Below are positions 17,320 to 24,737 of a stretch of 32,000 bases of DNA, piece after piece. The notes beneath the pieces were generated by a model. That model searched no databases and was not told the DNA's origin. It saw only the letters and a program-made list of their open reading frames with translations. Positions within the stretch are counted from its first letter, which is position 1. Each line of letters begins with the position of its first letter. The stretch spans positions 450,001 to 482,000 of the forward strand of contig NZ_LT671858.1 in the NCBI RefSeq assembly GCF_900083515.1, read 5' to 3'. Both the position numbers and the translations under genes were made by a program. The DNA is from Cuniculiplasma divulgatum. GTDB lineage: Archaea > Thermoplasmatota > Thermoplasmata > Thermoplasmatales > Thermoplasmataceae.

Positions 17320-17490
17320 ATGGGAAAATACATGAAGTCAGCATGGAGATATCCACTATTCTTCCTGGGATTATTCCTGATAGAAATAGGAGGAGTCTAC
17401 TATAAGTTCATTGCACAAAACCTCACAAACACAGAGTATTTCGTAATAGCAGGATTTGTAATATTTTTAATTTCACTCATAACACCATAA
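17320..17490 (+). CDS. Small (56 aa) two-TM membrane protein at the end of the sdh operon
   Basis: ATG 17320 lies 5 nt after the anchor-gene stop. Translation: MGKYMKSAWRYPLFFLGLFLIEIGGVYYKFIAQNLTNTEYFVIAGFVIFLISLITP, stop TAA 17488-17490, followed immediately by a strong oligo-T tract. It is below the ORF-track length cutoff. Confidence 0.5.
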   Translation: MGKYMKSAWRYPLFFLGLFLIEIGGVYYKFIAQNLTNTEYFVIAGFVIFLISLITP

Positions 17491-17517
17491 TCTTTTATTT
17501 TTTTATTTTATTGATTT
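17491..17517 (+). terminator. Oligo-T terminator of the sdh operon
   Basis: TCTTTTATTTTTTTATTTTATTGATTTT includes a T7 run at 17498-17504 and sits directly after the last sdh-operon ORF. Confidence 0.55.
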
Positions 17518-17526
17518 TACAGTTTA

Positions 17527-17772
17527 ATGAATAGATTTTATAGCATAAACGAATCAACGAATATGAATGTCATTGACCTGGTGGGAAAAAATGTTAGATT
17601 CCTAATTCTAGGGCAGTACCAGGAGAGTCTTACGCCTGAGCTATATATGAAGGGCAGGTTAGTTGGTGTGGATCAGGCAGTATATATAATAGAAACTGAC
17701 AATCAGGATAAGTCAGGAAAGCAAACAATCTGTGTTCCAATGTCTCAGTGCATTGTATCTACAACCGACTAG
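17527..17772 (+). CDS. Hypothetical small protein (81 aa; possibly 69 aa from ATG 17563)
   Basis: The ORF sits 12 nt upstream of the MscS-like gene on the same strand. I recognised no confident family. See noticed_but_rejected for the Sm/PRC-barrel idea. Confidence 0.4.
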   Translation: MNRFYSINESTNMNVIDLVGKNVRFLILGQYQESLTPELYMKGRLVGVDQAVYIIETDNQDKSGKQTICVPMSQCIVSTTD

Positions 17773-17784
17773 TGATAATTCAAC

Positions 17785-18765
17785 ATGAAAAGCCAGACAA
17801 ACCTGATGTATTCCTTTTCTTTTTTCCTTCTATTTGGATTTTTACTGGATGTATTAAATTTACCATATCTTGTAAAAAAAGCCCAATTATTCTATTTGGC
17901 AGCCTACTATTCAGTGGAGATTTTTCCTATTTACTTAAGGTATGAATTATCAAAGTACGGTACAATTTTACAAGTAATAATATCTCTAGCCATCGCCTTA
18001 GTTCTCATATTTCAAATAAGGAAGATGATGAGACTCCGATCCTCCATAAGAGGAAACACATTGCGATATGTATTTATCAACTATGTGATAAATATCATTG
18101 CATACTTCATAATTTTTGTCGTGATCCTCTCAGCACTTGGCATTAATATTGATTCCTTACTTACAAGCAGCATACTTCTTGCCGCTTTAATTGCACTTGC
18201 CGGTCAGAGTCTTATAGGGAATATACTGGGAGGTATAATGATGGAAATCTCAAAACCTTTCAAACCTGGTGATAATGTGTGGATATTTCCGTGGAGCAGT
18301 TCAAGCTCCCTAATGGGACTTCAATTGGCTGTATTCTTTCAGAAATATTACTCAAAGGATGTGTTATATGTACAGGGAATAAGGGGGAAGGTTATTGATA
18401 TCACTATGAATTATACAAAAATATTAGCTGACGATGGGGAAACAATAAACGTACCCAATGCTGTGGTAGCTTTAGGGGCATTTCAACTGGGTCCTAAGAG
18501 CGGAAGCTTTGCCATAAGATATGAGGTGCCAAAACATGTCACGCCAGATGAACTTAGGAAAAACGTTTTTGAAGTTACAGAAAGTATGGGAATAGAGAAA
18601 AAAGATCAAAGATTTTTGGTAGATGAAACAACATTGAATACCTATCTAATCATGATAGAATTTCCAAAACTAAGGGATCAGAATCTCAGAACAAGGATTT
18701 TTGACAATCTCAGGTTAAGACTTGAGCCAATGAGAATATTCCCTGTTTCTGATAGAAACAGATAA
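17785..18765 (+). CDS. Mechanosensitive ion channel (MscS family) protein
   Basis: 326 aa with N-terminal TM helices. The pore-helix/beta-domain junction is LAGQSLIGNILGGIMMEISKPFKPGDNVWI, characteristic of MscS-like channels. Confidence 0.8.
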   Translation: MKSQTNLMYSFSFFLLFGFLLDVLNLPYLVKKAQLFYLAAYYSVEIFPIYLRYELSKYGTILQVIISLAIALVLIFQIRKMMRLRSSIRGNTLRYVFINYVINIIAYFIIFVVILSALGINIDSLLTSSILLAALIALAGQSLIGNILGGIMMEISKPFKPGDNVWIFPWSSSSSLMGLQLAVFFQKYYSKDVLYVQGIRGKVIDITMNYTKILADDGETINVPNAVVALGAFQLGPKSGSFAIRYEVPKHVTPDELRKNVFEVTESMGIEKKDQRFLVDETTLNTYLIMIEFPKLRDQNLRTRIFDNLRLRLEPMRIFPVSDRNR

Positions 18766-18872
18766 AGTTAATTTAGATTTTTAACCTATTAAGCGTTCTG
18801 ATTTAACTACTGTCTGATATTTTTGCCATGTCCCGGTCAACAGGCACAGGAAAGTTAACGTATCATTTCAGT

Positions 18873-18888
18873 ATAACAATATTGTTAT
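18873..18888. promoter_or_regulatory. Perfect 16-bp palindrome ATAACAATATTGTTAT, a candidate AbiEi operator
   Basis: Read directly from the sequence. It ends 6 nt before the putative AbiEi ATG (18895). AbiEi antitoxins are known autorepressors that bind inverted repeats in their own promoter. Confidence 0.45.
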
Positions 18889-18894
18889 GTGAAT

Positions 18895-19492
18895 ATGACA
18901 AAAAAGGAGCTATCACCGTATAAAATTCGTGATATGGCATTAAATTCAGGCGTTGGCGTATTTAATGCACAGGAACTTTCTAATCTTATTAACAAGAAAA
19001 AAAAGTGTTGCACTAGTTTACATGAACAGACTGATTAAAAATGGTCTTGCAATTAGACTAAAAAATGGGAAAATATCATTCAATAAAGATGATTTTATTA
19101 TAGCTTCTCAGTTGGTTTTTCCATCATATATATCATTAAATTCTGCACTACTATCCCATAAGATAACCTATCAGATTCCAGAATATATTGAGTGTGTAAA
19201 CACAATTAATTCATATAATTATTACGGGTTAGGAATAATATACCACAAAATAAAGCCTGAATTATTTTTTTGATATAAAAGGTATGATAAAGGTGGAAGC
19301 TTTATATTCGTCGCAAATCCTGATAAGGCTGTATTTGATGGTTTATACCTCAAATTAATTTCTAAATTTGATATAATAGAATATAAAAGAGAAATAGATT
19401 TTTCAGAACTATTAGTACGTTTAAAAAATATGAAAATAAAAGGAATAACAAAAATTGAGGAGATTTTAAAATGCTCAGGAAGGATGAAATAA
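18895..19492 (+). pseudogene. AbiEi-family (type IV TA antitoxin / wHTH regulator) gene, disrupted by a frameshift and an in-frame stop
   Basis: Frame 1 from ATG 18895 reads MTKKELSPYKIRDMALNSGVGVFNAQELSNLINKKK. Continuing past the A8 run (18997-19004) in the +1 frame gives SVALVYMNRLIKNGLAIRLKNGKISF..., a wHTH. An in-frame TGA lies at 19271-19273. The reading continues YKRYDKGGSFIFVANPDKAVFDGLYL... to TAA 19490-19492, overlapping the toxin start. Confidence 0.6.
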
Positions 19493-19545
19493 TATCACTA
19501 TCAAAACTGCATAATTTAAGACCATGGAAGGAATAAAAGAGGTTT

Positions 19546-20217
19546 ATGCAAACATTAATATTAAATTCATTAGCAGATTTTCCGCTGGTATTTAAGGGTG
19601 GGACATACCTGTGGTTGTTTCACGGACTAAGGGGGTTTTCAGAGGATCTGGATTTTACTGTTGACGGAAAACTAATTGACAAAATACCGGAATTGACAAG
19701 CCATAGTATATCACTCATGGGCATAAGCAATGAATTAAAAATTATTAAAAATAATACTATTACACTATTTTACAGGATATTATCCCAGGGCCCTTTGTAT
19801 ACTGGAAATTTGGATAGTACACCGGTATACGTTGAAATGAGCAAGAGGGAAAAAGTAATAGATAAACCAATTGCATTAAGATTTAATTTTCCCGAATACA
19901 GTCTACCTGTGAGGATATTATCTGGAATGTCCCTGGACGAGGTTGCCTCAGAAAAATTAATGGATATATATACTAGGAAAAAAACTAGAGATATTTATGA
20001 CTTATTCTTTTTAATTAAAATGAAAGGTACTAAATTCAACAGGGAGATGGTAGACAAAAAACTTGAATTTTATAATATGTCCTTTGATAAAGAATCATTC
20101 ATTGAAGAAATCAAGAAACAGGAAGATTATTTCAACAAAGCACTGAATAATATAGTTATGGAAGAATTGCCCGACATTAAATATATTATTAAGGTTATAG
20201 GATCATGGTTGGATTAA
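19546..20217 (+). CDS. AbiEii/AbiGii-family nucleotidyltransferase toxin (formerly DUF1814). The N-terminal 21 codons are cut off by an in-frame stop.
   Basis: The 223-aa ORF carries the family signature LVFKGGTYLWLFHGLRGFSEDLDFTV. The same frame upstream (ATG 19471) reads MLRKDEIISLSKLHNLRPWKE, then TAA (19534-19536), then KRF, then M19546. The ancestral gene was therefore about 19471..20217. Confidence 0.7.
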   Translation: MQTLILNSLADFPLVFKGGTYLWLFHGLRGFSEDLDFTVDGKLIDKIPELTSHSISLMGISNELKIIKNNTITLFYRILSQGPLYTGNLDSTPVYVEMSKREKVIDKPIALRFNFPEYSLPVRILSGMSLDEVASEKLMDIYTRKKTRDIYDLFFLIKMKGTKFNREMVDKKLEFYNMSFDKESFIEEIKKQEDYFNKALNNIVMEELPDIKYIIKVIGSWLD

Positions 20218-20576
20218 TAGTACTAAATTCAATTATGATTTAAAGTAATCACAGTTTCAAATCGTTTCAATGAATGTTTTTGAAATCAATAAAATGAATT
20301 TTGGTGCATTCAACTAATTTTAATTAAAAAAAACTGTTATCATCCCCTGAATTGAATATGGGGGCTAAAATGGTATTGACATTTTCTTCATAGTATCCTC
20401 TTCTGAGATCTGTTATGATAGCCGTGGCGGGTTTAAATGAGAATAAATCGGTAAAAGAAAGTGTATGCATCTTGAATTTAATTATTTTTTAGAGGTATAG
20501 AAATTACAAAAAAATTATGAATGCCAGTAAAAATTTTCTTCTTATAATTAATATACAATAATTAACATGTAGATTC

Positions 20577-22229
20577 ATGGGAAAAACTACAGCTGAAGTC
20601 ATAATCGATACATTATTTAATCTCGGAGTTGAAAGGATATACGGTATACCGGGGGACTCTTTAAATCCAGTAATGGATGCAATAAGAAAGAATGGAAAGA
20701 TTCAATTTATTCAGGTAAGGCATGAAGAGGGGGCTGCCCTTGCTGCCTCCTTTGAGTCAAAGATATCTGGCAAGGTAACAGCCTGTATGGGAACAAGTGG
20801 GCCAGGATCGATTCACCTTTTGAATGGTCTATACGATGCTAAAATGGATCATTCTTCAGTGATCGCATTGACTGGACAGGTAGAGACGGACTTAATTGGA
20901 ACAGATTACTTTCAGGAAGTGAATCTGGGTTCAATCTTTCAGGATGTGTCAGTATACAGTACCGAAGTTCTTAATCCATCAAGTGCACAGGAAATAGCCA
21001 AAAGAGCATTCAGGGAGGCAAAATATCGTCATGGTGTGTCGCACCTTACACTTCCTGCTGATATAATGAGGTTACAATCTCAGTATAATGAACAGCTCAT
21101 GGAGCAGTCACCGGAAACAGCTCAATACGATCCTGATCTTACTAAGGTTAAAAATATTATAGAAAAGTCCTCAAAACCAGTTTTATTCATTGGAAAAGGT
21201 GCAAGAGGATGCGGTGATAAGATTATGGATTTCTCTGAGAAAATAGGGGCACCCATAATTTATGCGCTTAATGGAAAGGGCATAGTTGATGACATGGACA
21301 AAAGAGTTGCAGGAAGTCTTGGTCTTCTTGGAACAAAACCGTCAATGAAGGCAGTTGAGGGAGCAGATCTTATTATAATGCTGGGTACATCTTATCCATA
21401 TGTACAGTTCATACCAGAAAATCTCGTAACAGTACAGGTAGACACAGACCCCATATCCATAGGCAAGAGGAGAAGATCTGATATAGGAATTATATGTGAC
21501 ACAATGACTTTTCTCAATAAGATTGAGGTTAATCCGAAGGTTAAAAAATATTACAGTTCAATTGAATCAACAAAATCAGAGTGGATTGAGGCTTTGGAAA
21601 AGAAAGAGCATTATGATAGTGGTCTTATTCATCCAGAATCAGTACCAGCAATCATCTCAAGATATGCAGATAAAAATGCAACAGTTGTAGTAGATACAGG
21701 AAATGTTACGGTGTGGGGTGTTAGGAACTTCAGAACAACATCCGGAAGAAAATTTGTCTATTCTTCATGGCTGGGAAGCATGGGTATTGGCATTCCAGGA
21801 ACTGTTGGAGCATCATTCTCATCAGAATCACAGGTTATAGGGCTTATAGGAGATGGTAGCTTTGCAATGTCAATGCCAGAACTTGTAACAATAAAGAAAT
21901 ATAAGAGACCAGTGAAGCTCTTCGTTTTCAACAATTCTGAACTTGGAATGATAAAATTTGAGGAGGAAGTCATGGGGTTCCCAAATTTTGGGACAGATCT
22001 TTTCCCACTAAATTTTGCAAGTATTGGAGAGGCAATTGGAATAAAATCCTTCCGGGTTGAAAAATATGATCAACTGGAGCCTGCCATAAGGGAAAGCCTC
22101 TCCATCAGGGATGAACCAACAATAGTTGATGTGGTCATAGATCCAGATGAAGCCCCAATGCCTCCCAAGCTGAATTTCAGTCAGGTAAAAGGTTATATAA
22201 CATCACTGTTAAAGGAAAAGCTAGAATAA
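20577..22229 (+). CDS. Thiamine-diphosphate-dependent enzyme, pyruvate oxidase / pyruvate dehydrogenase (quinone)-like (PoxB/acetolactate synthase superfamily)
   Basis: 550 aa. The N-terminal Pyr domain (GVERIYGIPGDSLNPVMDA...VRHEEGAALAAS...GTSGPGSIHLLNGLYDA) closely parallels E. coli PoxB as I recall it. The TPP motif is GDGSFAMSMPELVTIKKYKRPVKLFVFNNSELG. Confidence 0.85.
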   Translation: MGKTTAEVIIDTLFNLGVERIYGIPGDSLNPVMDAIRKNGKIQFIQVRHEEGAALAASFESKISGKVTACMGTSGPGSIHLLNGLYDAKMDHSSVIALTGQVETDLIGTDYFQEVNLGSIFQDVSVYSTEVLNPSSAQEIAKRAFREAKYRHGVSHLTLPADIMRLQSQYNEQLMEQSPETAQYDPDLTKVKNIIEKSSKPVLFIGKGARGCGDKIMDFSEKIGAPIIYALNGKGIVDDMDKRVAGSLGLLGTKPSMKAVEGADLIIMLGTSYPYVQFIPENLVTVQVDTDPISIGKRRRSDIGIICDTMTFLNKIEVNPKVKKYYSSIESTKSEWIEALEKKEHYDSGLIHPESVPAIISRYADKNATVVVDTGNVTVWGVRNFRTTSGRKFVYSSWLGSMGIGIPGTVGASFSSESQVIGLIGDGSFAMSMPELVTIKKYKRPVKLFVFNNSELGMIKFEEEVMGFPNFGTDLFPLNFASIGEAIGIKSFRVEKYDQLEPAIRESLSIRDEPTIVDVVIDPDEAPMPPKLNFSQVKGYITSLLKEKLE

Positions 22230-22269
22230 AAGCATAAGTCACTTTATACAATGATTAAATGCCAATATA

Positions 22270-23055
22270 TTGACTGAAGCGATTATTTACGAGGAAGAAT
22301 TTGAAGAAATCTCAGAAGATATTAGCAGATTTCTTCCCATGGAAATTAATCATTATATTGAACCCATCTGCGGCTCAATGGAAACATTCATAAATCTAAA
22401 TCTAAAAAAACAACTACCATTTCCAGTACTATCTGATCCTGATAATAGCCTCATATCCATATATGAGTATGTAAAAGTTATGCCGGAAGAGTTTTATCAG
22501 GCCATGGAAAACAGTTACAGGGGAAGAACAAAAGGAGCACTTCTGGCATTGAGAAAGAGGTATAGGGAAATCATGAACCAGGGAACAATGGAAGAAGCAG
22601 CTATCTACCTACAGATAAACGTATTAAACGCAACGAGAAGTAAAAATTTAGGAATATTCGGAATTTTTAAAGATACGACACAAGGTAACAAAAAACGGGA
22701 ATTTCCAACTGAAACCGAGATAGTTGAATTTTCCAGGATGCTCCAGAGAACAGCTATAAAGCGAGGCAGTTACAGGACCGTTAGGAGGGAATTATCTAAA
22801 AACGACTTCATATTTTTGAATCTTAGGAAACACAGAAGTGGATTCTATTCCAGTGATCGTAAAATAGAGCAGACAGGACAATTCAAAATTTTCATGGATG
22901 ATTTAGAAATGTTTCAGAAAAAGAATATCCGTACTATAATAAAATTTCCAGCAAAATATAGACTAATTAATAATATCGGTATTCATGAGAGTGCTAACTT
23001 AAATAAAATCATTTTAGAAAAGAGCAAGAGTTATGAGATTTGGAAGAATTTTTGA
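22270..23055 (+). CDS. Dam-family (D12 class N6-adenine DNA methyltransferase) homolog with degenerate catalytic and SAM motifs
   Basis: 261 aa, TTG start in the track. It is colinear with Dam: YIEPICGSMETF (Dam EPFxGxGxV), LSDPDNSLISIYEYVK (Dam NDINxDLIxLY), AAIYLQIN, EFPTETEIVEF, and DFIFLNLRKH where Dam has D-P-P-Y. The C-terminus YEIWKNF resembles the T4 Dam end. Confidence 0.6.
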   Translation: MTEAIIYEEEFEEISEDISRFLPMEINHYIEPICGSMETFINLNLKKQLPFPVLSDPDNSLISIYEYVKVMPEEFYQAMENSYRGRTKGALLALRKRYREIMNQGTMEEAAIYLQINVLNATRSKNLGIFGIFKDTTQGNKKREFPTETEIVEFSRMLQRTAIKRGSYRTVRRELSKNDFIFLNLRKHRSGFYSSDRKIEQTGQFKIFMDDLEMFQKKNIRTIIKFPAKYRLINNIGIHESANLNKIILEKSKSYEIWKNF

Positions 23056-23122
23056 TGAATAATTATAAATTATATTGAAGTAATAAGACATAGGGTAATA
23101 GCAGAATAAAATTGCTCAAGAG

Positions 23123-23605
23123 GTGAAATATTTGTCGAAGGTTGCGGTTATAATGGGCAGTCAGTCAGACTACGAGGTTATGAAGGATGCATGTGAGGTT
23201 TTGCGATCATTTCAGGTGGATTGTGAATCAAAGGTTGTGTCAGCTCACAGAACTCCAAAGATGATGTATGAATTTGCAGAGAAGGCTAGTTCCAGAGGGA
23301 TTGAAGTCATTATTGCAGGTGCAGGAGGCTCTGCCCATCTCCCTGGAATGGTGGCAGCGATTTCAAATCTGCCAGTTATAGGCGTCCCGGTAATGACAAA
23401 GGCACTCAATGGAATCGACTCGCTTCTTTCCATTGTTCAGATGCCGTCAGGAATTCCCGTTGCGACAGTTGCGATTAACAATTCTAAGAATGCTGCACTT
23501 CTGGCGGTAAGAATCCTATCTTTGAAGTATCCGGAACTTGCATTCAAGATGAGGAATTACATGGAAAAGGAAAGGGAAAGTGTTGAAAACACAAGATTAC
23601 CATAA
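23123..23605 (+). CDS. purE: N5-carboxyaminoimidazole ribonucleotide mutase (class I PurE)
   Basis: 160 aa. Motifs [33 protein letters not shown] and VIGVPV, with purK adjacent. GTG start. Confidence 0.95.
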   Translation: MKYLSKVAVIMGSQSDYEVMKDACEVLRSFQVDCESKVVSAHRTPKMMYEFAEKASSRGIEVIIAGAGGSAHLPGMVAAISNLPVIGVPVMTKALNGIDSLLSIVQMPSGIPVATVAINNSKNAALLAVRILSLKYPELAFKMRNYMEKERESVENTRLP

Positions 23606-24695
23606 AACCATAGGAATAGCAGGTGCAGGACAGCTTGGAACAATGATGATACTTGAATCCAGAGGTTTGCCCATAAAATTCAATGTTTATTCTGAAAGCC
23701 AATCAGATCCTGCAGTTTCAATTGCAGATAGGTTCTATTCTTCGAATCAATACAAAGAATTTGTTGATGAAAGTGATATTGTCACCTTTGAATTTGAACA
23801 TATAAACAGGAAACTCCTGGAATATGCAGAAAAAGAGGGAAAGTTAAGGCCATCATTAAAATCTGTAGAACTGAAAATGCAGAGGCATCTGGAGAAAGAA
23901 TTCCTAAAATCTAGGAATTTTCCCGTAGGTGAATTCATGGTAGCCCATGGTGGAAAAAAGGCTCTTGAGTTAGCTCTTCCTATGGAAAAGTTCGTGATTA
24001 AAAGGTCAGAGGGTGGATACGATGGAAAGGGACAGTACTATTATTATGATATGAGCAACTTTCCCGTTGATTCTGAAGAAATTTTTGTGGTTGAAAAATT
24101 TGTGGAGTATGACAGTGAGGCTTCAATTATCTGTGCAAGAGATATTAACGGCAGCTTCTACTTCTATGAACCTTCCTATAATTTGAATAAAAGTGGGATT
24201 CTTATATGGAACAGTTCCCCTATAAATAATAATGAATTAAGATCACAAATGATTGAAATTTCAAGCAGACTCCTGAAAGAGCTAGAGTATGTTGGGGTAA
24301 TGGGTATAGAGTTCTTTCTTACCAAGGATGGTCCACTAATAAATGAATACGCACCGAGGGTTCATAATACTGGTCACCACACACTCATGGGTTCAAGCTA
24401 TTCGCAGTTCGAGATGCATGTTAGATGTGTAATGGGACTTCCAGTGTCTCAGCCTTCAACATATGTTCCATCGGGTATAGTTAACATTATTGGACTCTCG
24501 TTAAGTGACATCCAGTTGAATGATATACTGAAACTTGGAAATACAAGGGTTTACGATTACAGAAAGAAAGAGGTCAGAAAAAAGAGAAAGATGGGTCATG
24601 TCTGTTTGACTGCGGACAGCAATGAGGAACTTAAAGAACACATTGAAAACGTCCTTAAGATCATATATAAAAGTGATATGAACCAGTATATTTGA
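23580..24695 (+). CDS. purK: N5-carboxyaminoimidazole ribonucleotide synthase (ATP-grasp, PurK)
   Basis: 371 aa. N-terminus [13 protein letters not shown], an ATP-grasp core (GYDGKGQ, E-x-F-x-x-x-x-E), and [14 protein letters not shown]. The GTG start overlaps the purE end by 26 nt. The exact start is uncertain. Confidence 0.9.
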   Translation: MLKTQDYHKTIGIAGAGQLGTMMILESRGLPIKFNVYSESQSDPAVSIADRFYSSNQYKEFVDESDIVTFEFEHINRKLLEYAEKEGKLRPSLKSVELKMQRHLEKEFLKSRNFPVGEFMVAHGGKKALELALPMEKFVIKRSEGGYDGKGQYYYYDMSNFPVDSEEIFVVEKFVEYDSEASIICARDINGSFYFYEPSYNLNKSGILIWNSSPINNNELRSQMIEISSRLLKELEYVGVMGIEFFLTKDGPLINEYAPRVHNTGHHTLMGSSYSQFEMHVRCVMGLPVSQPSTYVPSGIVNIIGLSLSDIQLNDILKLGNTRVYDYRKKEVRKKRKMGHVCLTADSNEELKEHIENVLKIIYKSDMNQYI

Positions 24696-24737
24696 TCATA
24701 AGCGATCAATATTTAATATGGGGAAGGATAATGAAAG

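Noticed and set aside
17527-17772. Possible Sm-like or PRC-barrel fold in the 81-aa protein (VGKNVRFLILG ... GRLVGVDQAVYIIETDN ... ICVPMSQCIVS)
   Set aside because: The spacing loosely mimics Sm1/Sm2 motifs, but the hallmark Sm2 Arg-Gly and the conserved Asp/Asn of Sm1 are missing. The pattern could fit any small beta-rich protein. I kept it as a hypothetical CDS only.
20324-20470. 48-aa minus-strand ORF (MHTLSFTDLFSFKPATAIITDLRRGYYEENVNTILAPIFNSGDDNSFF) and a short GC-richer patch (GCCGTGGCGGG, about 20423-20433) in the 360-bp spacer upstream of the TPP enzyme gene
   Set aside because: There is no recognisable motif, RBS or promoter context. The GC patch is too short and cannot be folded into a tRNA cloverleaf or another known RNA by eye.
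23580-23605. 26-nt purE/purK overlap with a GTG start, as a possible fused or frameshifted gene
   Set aside because: Both proteins have complete, normal N- and C-terminal motifs. The overlap most likely reflects only uncertainty in the purK start (GTG 23580 or TTG 23583) and ordinary translational coupling.
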